From the NCBI RefSeq assembly GCF_009914755.1, contig NC_060933.1: a stretch of 64,000 nucleotides of DNA; one strand, written 5' to 3'. Positions 25,321-40,930 of the stretch are shown piece after piece. A model generated the notes under the pieces. It made no database searches and had not been told where the DNA came from. It saw only the letters and a program-made list of their open reading frames with translations. Made by a program: the position numbers and the translations under genes. Position 1 is the first letter of the stretch; every line of letters starts with the position of its first letter. The stretch is from the human T2T-CHM13v2.0 reference genome, Homo sapiens.

Positions 25321-27329
25321 CTTGAGGATCACACGGTCTTGCAACACAGTAGTTATTTTTTAGGGTTCACCCTGGAAGATGAAGAGGCAGGTAACTCTAT
25401 GCTTCTGAGTTAAGCACAGGTGTGGGAATTGCTGTCCAGGCACAAGTTCTGGTGGGAAGAACATAAAAACTCTTAGGTACACCGGGTATGTCTCCTTTCT
25501 GAGATTCTCCAACACCCCTGAGGGCATTGCCAAGGAAAAGAATCTCCCTGGAACCCACTGGTATCTCCTGCCCTTCTGACTTAAGAAATAGTTCTCCTTT
25601 CCCTCACTACACAGCATAGTCTCTTCCATGAGTTGAAATTTTTGAAAATGAAAACCAGGCAGAGAATTTTTCTGGGAAAATTTATCTTTCAAGTTTTCCC
25701 AGAAACTTGAAAGATCAGGGAATATATAGCAGACTTATTTTCCCACACGTGCTTTCTTGTTATGTTTTTGGCTTCCTTTGTGTTTTATGTGCATTTTCAG
25801 TTCTATCATGGTAATGCCATCACCTTCTCTTAGAGATGGCCATTGGGAATTGTATATGGTGCCCACTTATAAAGAAATGATGTAACAGCCTTATCCTTGA
25901 TGTCTCTATGTCAGTGTGGTGAGGTCATACTTCTAAATGTGAATTTGTTTTTCTACCTCATTTTATATGCCTCAAGTTGTTTTCAATTGTACAATGAGAA
26001 GTTCACTCATCCCTGTAACTAAATGGAGGTGAGTCACCCATTGGGAAGATATAAATAATGGTCAGGGATTATATGAGAGACAGCGAGAGTCCAGAGCTGG
26101 TGTTTCACTCACAGAGTCTATAAAGACATCAAAGGCTAATAAAAAAGAGAAGAAGTGGGCAGAGCCCCAGTAACAGGGAAAATGGAAATGATGAAACTTG
26201 GATTCTTGAGGAAAATACTTTTCTGGAGCAGAGTAGGGAGCCATGTGGAAATATATTCAGCCCTAGCTGTCCATCCAGGGCCAGCCTCCTGTCCCCACTG
26301 AGGGTCCAGTGGGCATGAAGTATGTCTGGGCTTTAAGAAACCTTGCCCAGGGAGCTCCCTCCTCTATCTGTTGAGGGCAACTACGGGAATGAAGATCATG
26401 GCAGTGATGATGACATGCAGGGAAGACCAGCTACTGCACCTAGTCTGCATGATCAGGAAGCAATATGAAGATCCCACTGAGCTGAGAACAAGAGAAAACA
26501 CACTTTCTTTCAACATTAGCAAACCATGAACAAGGAGACTCACCTAATTCCAGCTCTTGGGGAAAAGCCATTGCTCATTATTACCTCCTCCTCTCTTCTC
26601 CCCTCCCTTTTCCCTTTTCCCCTCTCCTTTCTTCTCTCCATCCCACACTCCGGACACACGTTCAAACTCACACAAATTTCTGATAACAAATAACCTTCAA
26701 TTATTCTTAAGCTAGTTTTCTTCAGTCCCATTTAACATCTCAAATCCACCTATCTTTAAGAGGATCAGGATTAAATATCAATATGTGTACTTAATATATA
26801 TTCATTAAATTGTCACTAAAAGATTACGAGTTTCCTTTATAAAAGATTCGTTTCTCTAGCATGTAATTTTATAAAGCTCATCAACAGATAAAGTGAGCAT
26901 GGAAGACATGGATTGTATTCCGATTTCCTTTGCCAGTTGTTGGTGCCATGTAACACTTCCAAAGGGAATTTATACCCCAGTCACACTTAACATATCACAG
27001 GATGATAAGGAATAATTGCTTAAAAGGATTAAAAGCTATCTGTGATACATCAGAGGAGCAGAGAAGCAGATTTAAAGTTCATAAGGTTGTTTAAATGTTT
27101 ATGGCCCAGCAGTCTTAGCTCTGTCGCCATATGATTTTATGATAGCATGGCCATTTACCAAATTTCTCCAGTTCTCACTGTCCTCATCTTTAAAATGAAG
27201 AGGTTAAACAACACCAGACAGTGCATCTTTCTGTCAGTTTTTCATTATCTGCAAGGATATGATTATGTTCTCCATTGTCTTTTATTCCTTAGTAATTATG
27301 CATGGAATTTTCCCTAATTATTGTTCTGC

Positions 27330-28022
27330 TGCTCATTCTGGTGTGAATTTCATTTTCCTAAACCTTGAGAAGAAGTCTGGGTTTTGGCAGCTTGTCTAAC
27401 TTCACAGAGTTCCCTCTTCTGCTATTCCCATGAGGAGTCAAGACATATGGTGTTCAGTGTCTCACATGCTCTCCCTTTGTCCCCTCCTCACTTGTGTCTG
27501 GGCCCTTTCTTTTCTTCATCTGTCTTATCCCTGTCCTGCTAACCTCACTCCCATCCAGCAGGCCCTCCCCAGTGTGAGCCCTGGGGTGGAGGGACGCCAT
27601 GCTGTTCTGCTTTAAGAGTTCATAGGAGTTGGGCCTTCAGACCTTGCTGCCATCCCTCTCACATAACTGCGATAGTAGTGGGAAAAGCGCTCTCAGCTTC
27701 AGACACTGCTGTCACTTGCTTTGCTCCCCAGTGCATCCCTGTTTGGCCATGTGGGGGTTCTCCTGTTCTCAGATCTATCATATACATCAATGGCCCCTCT
27801 CACTTCTCCCATGCGGAAGCCAATAGCTCAGAGCTCTTGTGGCTCTTGGTGGTTTGCCCTCACCCACTTCTATTTTGAAATTCCTGGGGATATTTTGTTT
27901 CCTAATTTTGTTAATGTTCTGCATGGGTTTGGGGTTTGCTGTCTAGTTGCCCTACCTCTTTTTGCGGGCAATTTGAGAAGTTCCAAAAGCTATACTATTA
28001 CCACCACCACCATTTTTCCAGA
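27330..28022 (-). mobile_element. Ancient LINE-derived (HAL1 or L1M 5'-like) fragment, tentative
   Basis: Pyrimidine-rich sequence ending 'accaccaccatttttccagag', resembling a reverse-strand 5' end of an old LINE. Confidence 0.35.
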
Positions 28023-28399
28023 GCTGTATGTATTTTCCTAGAGTGTGTATTTTAATTTACAGTTTTTGGTCACAGATGTTTTCACACATTTGCACGTTCT
28101 GATGTTCGCATGTGTTCACATCAGTTGTTCCTTGATACCCTAAAAACACAAACAAGTCAAATGAAAAAGTGAGGCAGCTAGTGACATTTTCAAGACAAAT
28201 GAGCTCTGATTTTCACAGCCCAGACAGTCTTTGTTGTAGAATTATGCTATTCCTCAAATAAGCTAATGTAACCTAAGTTACATTCACCTCCTACTTTCAC
28301 CATTCACCTTCCTTTAACACAGTGTAAGAAAGGAGAGGCAAGAGATTCATGTGACTCTCTCCCGATCTGTTCACTTGGCAATTGGTCCTCATTGTCTCT

Positions 28400-28679
28400 C
28401 TCTCTCTCTCTCTTTTTTTTTTCCCAGACGGAATCTTGCTCTGGAGTGCAGTGGTGCGATCTCAGCTCACTGCAACCTCTGCCTCCCAGGTTCAAGCAAT
28501 TCTCCTGAGTAGGTGGGATTACAGGCACGCGCCACCACGCCTGGCTAATTTTTGTATTTTTAGTAGAGATGAGGTTTCACCATGTTGGTCAGTCTGGTCT
28601 CGAACTCCTGACCTCATGATCCACCCACCTTGGCCTCCCAAAGGGTTGGGATTACAGGCGTGAGCCACTGCACCCAGCC
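28400..28679 (-). mobile_element. AluS with small internal deletions
   Basis: TSD GGTCCTCATTGTCTCT at 28384-28399 and 28680-28695; (CT)n/T tail. Confidence 0.93.
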
Positions 28680-29338
28680 GGTCCTCATTGTCTCTTATCA
28701 TGCTTCCTCCAGCCTCATGGCTGATCAGTTCCCAGGACACCTTCCTTTGCACAGATTCCACCAAAGGGGTTGATGAGGGGTAAGACACACCCACCTTCAC
28801 TGTTTGGTCCTCTTGTCCTCACCACATCACACACAAAATCTTACTGAAGATTTAAACTAATGAGGGAACTATAGAACAAAAGGGAGAAACATCTATATTT
28901 TTCTATATCCTAATTAAGGCTTTTCTATTGATGCAAAAGAAAACAGCAACTAAGAAGTTAAAACTTCAGAAAGAGAGCTTTCATGGATGCTCCTAGCTCC
29001 TAACTTTGCTGTTATGTACCTTTTTTGCGAAAGTGCTTTTGTCTAATTCTCATCCCTATGTGAATTTCTGCCACCTTTCTAGAAAATCCCATGCTCTACT
29101 CAGAGATTAGTCTCTCCAGTGTCTTTATGGTGCTGCATTTCCCCAATGTGCAAACAGTTATGCTAACATAGCTCTTTGGGTTCCAGCAGAACAGAGATCA
29201 AATCTGCATTTGGTCTTTGGGGGAGTTGAGGGTCCCAAGCCCCATTCTTTTGAGGTCTCTCCACCAGAATAAGCTGCGGCTTTGCTGCTCTATTCTTTTC
29301 ATTGCCCAAGAAGTAACTCTTAAGTCAATCAGACCAAA

Positions 29339-29347
29339 ACACAAACA

Positions 29348-29385
<38 letters not shown>
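29339..29385. repeat. (CA)n microsatellite
   Basis: Directly visible. Confidence 0.95.
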
Positions 29386-29387
<2 letters not shown>

Positions 29388-30279
29388 CCACTTCCAAGGA
29401 CAAATATTAATTCTAAGAGACAGTCGAATTTAAAAACAACAGAAAGAACAGGAGCATTGTCGTCCCACACAGTGATTTGCATGGCCACCTGTGTCACAGT
29501 GGAGTTTCCCCTTTGCTTTGCTGCACCGAGGAATTTATCTAAATTCTTTGGCCCTCCACCATCACCACTCCACACACACTTCCAGACCTGCTAGTGCAGG
29601 AGACAGCCATCACAGAGCAAGATACCTCATAACGGCCATTTCCCTAGCTGATTAAAGATGCTGCCAAAATCTTTTAGTAACTCCTTTTAAGAATCTAATC
29701 TTGTTCTTAGGCAAGAACCATCTTCCTCCCCAGTCCGTGACAGAAGAGTAGAAGTCATTTTCACTCTTCCTGTTACATTCAGCCATACCTTAGCAGATCA
29801 TACTACATTCTCATGAATGGAGACACCTTGCCTACCCAAGGTAAAGACAACATGAGAAAAATTCTCAGTCCTATATTGGAGAAACACCTCCATAGCCCAA
29901 GTTTCCCCCTGCCATCTGTATGCCTGAGCTCAAAGGATCTTTGTGAGGGCATCAACCTCAGGAACAAACATTTCAGTCCTGCTGCCTGCTGGACTCAGCT
30001 TTGTCCTCGTACTCTCACAAAATTAACTTGGAAGGCTGGCCTTCTTTCTCCCACCACCAGATGCCAGGTGTCCCTTTTATTCCACTCACCTCTTCATGTA
30101 ATAAGTTACAGAGATGACACTATATTTCACCGCAAGACCCACAGAACTATTTTCAAAGGTTTTCCTTCATGCAAGAAGAAGGTAGCAGCAGCTGTAACAT
30201 CTAGTTATGGCCAAAAAGTACAAAGTTTTCTTTGTATGAAAATTTATTATACAGGCTGTATGAAAAATTGGGGAAAAAA

Positions 30280-30460
30280 ATTGGTCTTTGGTGTCAAAGG
30301 GATCTGACTTTAAATCCTGGCTGCACCAATTACACATTCTATAACCTTGGACTTAAGATCATTGAACCTCATCATAGAACACTGTAAAACAAAGATGATA
30401 ATAATACACATCTCAAAGGTTGTGTCTTAAGTGACTTTGCATCAAACCTGTGCACACGTA
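30280..30460 (+). mobile_element. MIR relic
   Basis: 'taaatcctggctgcacc...ataaccttggac...ctgtaaaacaaagatgataataatacacatctcaaaggttgtg'. Confidence 0.6.
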
Positions 30461-32638
30461 GTGAAACAGGTATGAACTTTCCTTACAACACCTCATTGCA
30501 AGAAATGTCGTGTTGTTTTCATTTTCAAAATCCATAAATCTCATCCCAAGTTCCCACTTACCGGGAATTGAGAAATTTAATCTCAGGTTCTACTGTAAGT
30601 AACATTCAGACTGAGTTAAGTTGTCAACTAGCAAAATAAAAAGTTAATAACTAATGTCTCAAATTACTGAGAATTAGCCTATATTACTATTTCTATAAAA
30701 TAGCATATTATATAGAAATATGGGTGTAAATGCCAGAAAAAAAGAGAAGAAAAGTGGTTCCTTTAGGAAGAAAAATAACATGATGATAATCAAGTAAGAC
30801 AGAGTACAGTTTTTACTATGTGTTTTAAACTATGTGCATATATCATATTAACAAAATTAACTACAAGCAAAATACCCGTATACTAGTTTCCACTTACATG
30901 CAAGTTTCTTCAGTATCTGACTAAGAGTCACAAAAAATCCTAATAGTTCAGGAGTCTCTAAATGTTTCTTTGTACAAAACACTTTGCAGTTAGGCAAACA
31001 TGCAGAAACATAGGCCATGACATATAAAGATTGCCTGTGATTTTCCTGCCCTAATATAATTTTCTAAGTGTTAACCAAATATTACTCACATCCTTCTCCA
31101 AATTCTACCTTTCATTCTTTCTGAGCCGTTAGACCAGTTGCTGAGCTTCTATGAGCCTTAGTTTCTTTATCTATAAAATTAGACCATTTAAAAAGGTTTC
31201 TTTTAAAGTCTGACATTATTTCCATCTTAGTAATTGACTGTGAAAATGGTGACTGAATGATTCCTGAAGCCCCTTTCAAGTGAAAAATGCTGGGAGCTGA
31301 GTACAAGACTCAGCTCAGAATCAAGTTTTGTGTTCGCATTTCTTTGCAACACGTATTCTGCACACAGCTATCACACGTGTGCAATTCCTTGAACTTCCCT
31401 TGCCATCTCCGAGATCTTTGTGACCCAAAAATAGTCTCTGTGTCAAGACCTGGTGCAATCCACTCCCAGATCTCAAGAAAAGACTCCAAGGAGAGACACA
31501 ACACAGCACTGTGGGATCTGCAGGTGACTCAGACAACATAAACTGAGTCACTAACCCAGAACAAGCAGTGGACAGAAAGGAGTAGCTTGAGGTTGGATGT
31601 TTTAGAATTTTTTAAGAAAAAAACAAGAACCACATCTAAGACTCATTTGATACTGGTGTTTCTTTATTGATATCATATTGGGAAGTTTGAAAACCTTCAG
31701 TTTTTACATCTTCAGAAAACACTGAAATTCACTATTTTAAATAGTTCAAAGGAAAGGGAGCTTAGTTTTATTTTACATTGAATCACGCAATTTCAAATGT
31801 TAGTTATTCTGAATTCAAAAATTACTCCACAGACAAGATTTATGAAGGGTAAGGTTTATTTTAGGGTAGGCTCAAGTAGTTTAAAACAATCATGATACAA
31901 TTTTATTTTCTAAATAAAGTATGTTTCTGTTTAAAATCTTGTAAACTGTGTTTTTCAACCAGGTTTCCTTAGAAGACAAATATTTTGTTGCTATAGTAAA
32001 TCTCATCCTCAAGTAATTCTTCCTTTTTCAGGTTTGCTCAGAGCTCCCAGTTATGCAGCAATAAAACCATCCACATAGAGATGGAATAAACCTATTTGGT
32101 CATCGAAGACTTCTCTTTCTGTCACCCGGGGTTGTTCCAGGATTCTTCCCTAAGGCCCCTTCTCCAGTGATTTGTACAACTTTGCAATAGCAAGAAATGG
32201 TGCACCCTGGCTTCTTTCAATAGAAGATACTGCAACTTTTCATCATTGCAATGAAGCTGAATTCCCACCCCACCCCCGCCCTGCCCCCCAAAATTCCCTG
32301 TTTTCTCATCAGGCTCAACTGTACCCTAGGGAGTCTCTCACACAGTCTGGCTTTGCTTGGCAATGACATCTTTAGTTCTTTTAAATGGCTTTCATTGGCA
32401 TGTTTTTAAGGCATTTAGCTTCAGCATTTTCACTGTGGTAGAGGTTAACCCCAAATTCCTGTGCATTTCCATAGCATCTTGGCATTTCTTCTTTATTGTA
32501 CCGAATTAACACAGAAGAAAAAAAAATGTTTCCCTCCCAGTTCCTCAGTCAGTGCTGCCAAATATAGGCACACAGCTCTTTCCTTGGGACATCATCAGAT
32601 TTTCCTCTTGGGATCCTCAAGGTCTTTAATATTTCTAG

Positions 32639-33283
<645 letters not shown>

Positions 33284-33574
33284 TTAGCAGACATGGGTTC
33301 CTTTACAGCTGGGCTGCAATCTTCCTTTTGGGTCAAGAGAAACTTCTAAAATCCCTCATTTTGTTGTCCAGGTGCTCACTTCAGCAGAGTAGCATTTCCA
33401 TCCCTCTCAAATGCAACAAAGGCTCCCTTTCTCAAATAAGCATTGTGTGCCTGTCATTACAGAACAGTGCTGATTTCATAGGGGTGAGGCATGCACAACC
33501 TTGTCCATCAGACTGAGAATCAAGGCATAGTCATTCTGGAAGGGAATCCTAGAAGCGGTTGCTGGGAGCAGCAT

Positions 33575-34090
33575 CTCGGTTATCCATCATAACCCAAAAC
33601 TTAGTGGAATACAACAGTTTAATCTTTCTCACAATTCTGTGGGCTGAGGGGCTTGGCAGGGTGGTCCTGCTGCACTCACCTGGGGGCTCTTGTTGGCTCT
33701 TATCACACGATGGATGGGTCTGGTGTCCTTGGAGCCTCGACGGGTCTGGAACGTCCAAGGTGGCACCTTCATTCACATGTCCAGAACCTCCGCACTCCTC
33801 TCTGAGGCCTCACTCTCCATGTGGCCCCTCATCTTCCAGGTCCCCTGCTTGTGGCCTCCCTCTCCAGCAGGACAGTCACAGTTATGTGCCTAACTGCTTC
33901 CAAAAACAAAACACAGGGGCTGTAACCCTTCCTTGGGGCATAGGTAGCATCAATTCCCAACATTCCACTGGAAAATTCGAGTCACGGGGGCAGCCTGCAT
34001 CACGATGGGGGATCTGCAAGATGGTGTTAAAATTAGAGGCAGAGTTATTTGTGGGGAGCCCTCTTTGGAGACAAGCCACCACCTACAGAG
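33575..34090 (-). mobile_element. MLT1-type MaLR LTR
   Basis: 'cccaaaacttagtggaatacaacagtttaatctttctcacaattctgtgggctgagg'. Confidence 0.7.
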
Positions 34091-36017
34091 ATCTTCTGTG
34101 AGCTGCCCAGGTCACCCATTCAGTCAGTGGCTGAACCAGAAATCAAACGACCTGTTCTCTTTGCTCCATTTTCTTTTTTTACCTAAGCTGAGCCAAAATC
34201 CCTATTTGAGTCCAAACTAATAATCACATGAGGCTCAATGACACAAAATGCCATTAGCTCCCTGTGTCTCCCAGCCGGTCCCTTCCTCCAGCCAGAGCTC
34301 TTCTGCAATGGTCTGTGTGTTTTCCTCAATTATGGTGCATATATATTCAGGCCCCAAAGAACCGATTTAACAGAGTTTATAGCTCTTTGATAAGCTCTAG
34401 ACACTGTCAGCAGTTTTTCAAAGAGTTACTATTAAGATATATTTTCCAAGACTTGAAGATAAGGCAAAGGGGAAGAATGAGGTTCTTTCAACAGGCATGG
34501 CTTAATAGGCCTGCCTAGAGAGTATTAAATTGGGAGAAGATACCTGTGTTTGACTTTGCTGACTAGTAATTAGATTCTGTGATGTTTCATAACACAGACT
34601 TCTGTCCAGGAGAAACACAAATGATTTCTCTCTAGCATATAAAATAACTCCAAGGTTTTTGGTTTTATGTGCCATGTAGGCATTAATAAGTTTTGCATCT
34701 AACTTGGCAAATAATTTCAATATGAATTTTTAAATGCTTATCAATACTCAGTTCCTCAAATCCTCCTTAAACCAGCCTTACCATCTTACTGACTCCCTCA
34801 TTAATGAGTTGAATACATCTCCAACACAAGTTCATTCTATATGTCTATGAGAATGAGGGTTTCAACTTTCTCAGAAGTATCCTTTACACTATAGGGGCTC
34901 CGATGGAGCTTCCTCTGGGCTAGAAGCTGAGCACAGCTGTGGCTGACACAGGCCCTGGGCCATCCTCCTCATTTATGCAGAGTTGGTTACCTTAGCCCAT
35001 GGAACTGAATGTTTTATTTGGCAATAAAATCTCACCATAATTATTCATGGGAGCTTCATTTCACAGTGCTCAGGGCTCTTTTCTTGGGCTTCAAGCAGCT
35101 CAGGAAGAAAAGTGCTCAGCACTTCAATTCAGACATGATTTTACCACCTGGAAAGATGTCATAGCCCAGTGGGCAAAAGGGAAGAGCTGGAAGCCAAATT
35201 TTCTGGAGAAAGACCATCATCTCTTCTAATTAATCCAATCCTGGACGTTTGACCTTTCATTGACAAAGTTAACAATCCCTATGCCCCCATATCCCAGCAC
35301 TTGTAAAGATTCCTGCAGGAAAAGCTCACCAAGGCCCAGGGCAGGCCCTTCAGTGGCTCTGCTCAGTGTCTATTCCAGATTCTCAAGAAGGATTCAGGAA
35401 TCCAGCATTCTAGTCACTGCATTACTAGGTGCTCCTCACCTCCTTTTCCTTCCAAACATGGAAGGAAGCAAAATTCCGTGCCACACATGTGGGGGGCGCA
35501 TAAGAAATACGATGTGCTGTATTTTTCTTTGCATGAGCTTAGTTTCCATTTTGAGTCCCCATTGTGGTGGCTATTGGAAAGGTAATCTGATTCAATTCAG
35601 GGCCAGCTTTCTCCCTACCCCGGTAGGAGCAGGTACAGTCCATAAGGATGCGAGGGTGCCAGGGAACGGTGTGTGGCTGCTGCCTGATGCCATCCATCTG
35701 CTGTTGCATCTTCTGAGCAATTCTTCCAACTCTGGTCCATGCCAGGTCTATTCTCACTCAGCTGAATCTTGAGGGCTTTGAATCCCAAGCAGATATTTTT
35801 CTGTTCTCATGCCTTTGGGGGTAACTCTCTGAAGCTGGAGAGTTCTTTGGCACACTCTGCCTAGATGCCCCATACAACAATTTGTACTCTATGTCTCCCT
35901 TAGTTTAAGGAGAATTATCCACAATTTAGAAATAAGACAAAACATGTCTGGGTGTTCTTTAAAATTAATTGTGGAGCATCATGTAACAAGGTCTCTTAGG
36001 GGTCACTGGGGCTCTAG

Positions 36018-36852
36018 AGCAGTGTTCCCCAACTGTCGTTTTCATTATCAACCTGCCCAGGAGAAAAATTTAATTGCATTCCAGTTTAATGTTAATTGAT
36101 TTCAGCCACTTCATGTAATTAACAGTCAATTGGTTGATTGCACACCCATGTTCGTAGTAGTATCATTCACAATAGCCAAACATGGAAGCAACCCAAGTGG
36201 CCATCAGTGGATGAATTGATAAGCAACATGAGGTGCATATATACAATGGAATATCTTGCAGCCTTAGAAAGGAAGGGAATTTTGACACATGCTACAACAT
36301 GCATAAACCTTGAGAACATTGTGCTAAGTGAAATAAGGCACCAAAATACAAAGACTGTATTATTCCATTTATATGAGATACTTAGAGTATCAAAATCATA
36401 GGGACAAATGATAGGATGGTGGTTGCCACAGGCTGCAGAAAGGGGGAAATGGGGAGTTATCATTTAATGGGTACAGGGCTTCAGTGTTATGTGATGAAAA
36501 GAGTTATGGAGACAGATAATGGTAATGATTGCACAACGTTATGAATGTATTTAATACCACGGAACTGTACACCTAAAAATGGTTAAGTTGGTAATTTTTT
36601 TGTTATGTATATTTTACCACAATAAAAATTTGGGAGAAAATGCCATTTAAAGTTAAAAATATCAATTGGCTGATTAATTGGTTTATTTTACCCATAGTAA
36701 GATAAAGTAGATAGTCAGGAATAAGATTTTTCTTGTAGTGTTGAACTTTGGAGGGCCACAGACATTGTAATATCTAAGATTTTTTTCTTACCCACCAAAA
36801 ACCAATTTTTTTAATACCGGGGCAATATCATTCCTTAATTGAGCCATCATAG
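36018..36852. mobile_element. hAT-Charlie-type non-autonomous DNA transposon (MER112-like), split by L1
   Basis: Begins 'cagtgttccccaact'; contains 'tttggagggccacagacattgtaatatctaagattttt...aaccaatttt...gggcaatatc'. Confidence 0.55.
36140..36661 (+). mobile_element. L1MB-like 3' end
   Basis: 'cacacccatgttcgtagtagtatcattcacaatagccaaa...aactgtacacctaaaaatggttaag'; TSD TCAATTGGYTGATT (36126-36139 / 36662-36675). Confidence 0.85.
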
Positions 36853-37157
36853 TCTAAGGGAAGCAACTTTGTTCAACTCGTTACTTACTGTTAATTAAGA
36901 ATCAAACTCTTCTTATAAAAAAATCAATAAGTTGCAAATTATTTTTGATCAGTAAACTTGCAATTTATTTATAACCAGTAGGACAGATAATCCCGTAATG
37001 CATGGTTTTATTGCCTATAAGAATACATCTATCCGTTAGGTATCACATTCTTATATTTCCCTTCATATTAGCTTTACCATTCAGCTGGTTCCCTCATTAA
37101 TGATTTAAATCCACTGTTGTTGTATGCTCACTGTCTTGTTATATGCTCACTGTCTAG

Positions 37158-37505
<348 letters not shown>

Positions 37506-38199
37506 AGAAGTCATGTTTTTTAATTAAGAAAACTTATACTTTGACATTTGCCGTTCTGAGGAACTAGAAACTATTGACAGAGAAGCTAGCATTAAGTCCT
37601 TTCTGCTCTCAAATCCCCTGCCCCCTCATCAGGACTCAACCAGGACGTGGAAGGGCACATGGCCCCTTCTGGCAGAATCTCATGAGCATCTAGCTCTCAT
37701 CTTTTCTGACATTCTTCTCCACCACACATCCTTGGGAATCTTTATCTTTTCTTGGGGAGTTGGAGATCTAAAAAATAATTGACTTTTATTGGAAAAAAAA
37801 TTCTTCCAAGAGTCCATCTGGGCTCAGACTTTATAGCTCAAAAGTCCATGTTCTTAAAAAATCAAAACAAGCTTTTGAACTTGAAAAGCCAAGAAATTGG
37901 CTACTTCGTTTCCTCCTTCTGCTTATAATAACCTGTATCCAAGGTAAGATGCTCCAAGGTCTAGTTTGAAGAGGAAAAGGCCAGAAAGTAAAAAGGAAGT
38001 GCCAAGGAGAAAACAACTCAATTAATATATAAAGATAAAATCATGCTGCACATAGTTTAACTCTAAAGGTTATTGCCTCATGACTTGTTGTAGGTCATTC
38101 AGAAATTTTTAAAGTCCGGGCAGGAGACTTAACAGAGGGGTGGATCTTGGGAGACCCAGAACTGTCATCCTCTGATGCAATAAATCAGAGAAATCAGTT

Positions 38200-38902
<703 letters not shown>

Positions 38903-39919
38903 TCCCACCTCTGGCCACCCAAATATCTTGTCCTTCTCACATTGCAAAATACAGTCATGCCTTCCCAATAGTCCCCCAAAGTCTTAGGTTATTTCAGCTT
39001 TACTCAAAGTCCCAAGTCCAAGTCCAAGTTCAAAGTCTCATCTGGAGGTGAGTTCCTTCCACCTATGAGCCTGTGAGATCAAAACAATTTATATATTTCC
39101 AAGATACAATGAGGGTACAGGCATTGAGTAAACATTTCTGTTCCCAAAGGGGAGAAAATGGCCAAAAGAAAGGGGTTACAGGCCCCACACAAGTCTGAAA
39201 CCCAGCAGGACAGACTAAACCTTAAAGCTCCAAAATAATTTCATTTAACTCCATGTCCCACATCAAGGGCTCACTGGTGCAAGGGTGAACCCTCAAGACC
39301 GTGGGCAGCTCCAAGCTGTAGCTTTGCATGGTACAGCTCCAGTGGCTGCTCTCACAGGTTGGAGTTGAGTGTATGCAGCTTTCCAGGCACAGGATGCAAG
39401 CTGCCTATGGCTCTACCATTCTAGAGTCTGGGGAACAGCAGCCCTTTCCTGCAGCTCCACCAGGCAGTACCCCAGTGTAGAATCTGTGTGGGGGCTGTAA
39501 CCCCACATTCTCCCTCTGCACTGCCTTAGTAGAGGTTATCTGTGAAAGATCTGCCCCTGTGGAAGGCTTCTGCCTGGGTGCTCAGGCTTTCTCATACAAC
39601 CTCTGAAATCTAGGCAGAGACTGCCAAGCCTCCTTCATTCTTGCAGTCTGCACACCTACTGGCTTAACACCACATGAAAGCTCCAAGAGTCGAGGACCAA
39701 GCAATATCTCAGACCCTTTGAGCTGAGCCCAGAGCTAGAGTGGCCAGAATACAAGGAGCAGCTTCCTGAGTGGCCAGAATATAAGGAGCAGCTTCCTGGG
39801 GTGGTGGAAGACAGTGGCATTCTGGGGTTGGCCCCCAAAACATTCAGTCCTTCTGGGCCTCTGGGCCTTTGATAAGAGGGGCTGCCATGAAGGTCTTTGA
39901 AATGCCTTCAAGGACTTTT
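38903..39919 (-). mobile_element. MST-int (MaLR internal region), part 1
   Basis: Directly follows the LTR; 'caaagtccaagtccaagttcaaagtctcatctggag' and 'gctccaccaggcagtaccccagtg'. Confidence 0.85.
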
Positions 39920-40594
39920 TTTTAGATTTTTATTTTATTTTATTATTTCAATAGTTTTTGGGGTACAGGTGGTTTTGGTTACATAGATAAGTTCTTTAGT
40001 GGTGATTTCTGAGATTTTGGTGGACCCATCACCCAAGCAGTGTACACTGTACCCAATATGTAGTCTTATTCCTCCCCACAACACTCTTCCCTCTGAGTTC
40101 CCAAAGTCCTATTATATCATTCTTATGCCTTTGCATCCTCATAGCTTAGCTCTCACTTGTAAGTGAGAACACGCAATATTTGGTTTTCCATTCCTGAGTT
40201 ACTTCACTTAGAATAATGGCCTCCAGCTCCATCCAAGTTGATGTAAAAAGGCCATTATTTCATTCCGTTTTATGGCTGAATAGTATTCCATGGTGTATAT
40301 ATGTAACATTTTTTATCCATTTGTATGTTGATGGGCATTTATGTTGGTTCAATGTTTTTGCTGATTTGAATTGTGCTGCTATAAACATGTGTGTGCATGT
40401 ATCTCTTCCATATAATGACTTATTTTCCTTTGGGTAGATACCCAGTAGTGGGATTGCTGGATCAAATGGCAGTTCTGCTTTTAGTTCTTTAAGGAATCTT
40501 CATACTGTTTGTCATAGTAGTGATTGTACTAGTTTACATTCCCACCAGCAGTATAAAAGTGTTCCCTTTCACTATATCCATGCCAAAATCTATT

Positions 40595-40930
40595 ATTTTT
40601 TATTTTTATTTATTTATTTATTTATTTGAGACGGAGTCTTGTTCTGTTGCTCAGGCTGGAGTGCAGTGGCGTGATCTAGGCTCACTGCAAGCTCCGCCTC
40701 CCGGGTTCACGCCATTCTCTCGCCTCAGCCTTCTGAGTAGCTGAGACTACAGGCGCCTGCCACCATGCCCGATTAATTTTGTTTTTGTATTTTTTTTTTT
40801 TTTTTTTAGTAGAGACGGGGTTTCACCATGTTAGCCAGGATGGTCTTAATCTCCTGACCTCGTGATCTGCCCACCTTGGCCGGCCTCCCAAAGTGCTGGG
40901 TATTACAGGCGTGAGCCACTGTGCCTGGCT
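40595..40930 (-). mobile_element. AluY-like inside the L1PB
   Basis: 'ctcactgcaagctccgcctcccgggttcacgccattctc'. Confidence 0.93.

Noticed and set aside
26584-26640. Polypyrimidine tract with possible triplex potential
   Set aside because: Short and imperfect; ordinary low-complexity DNA.
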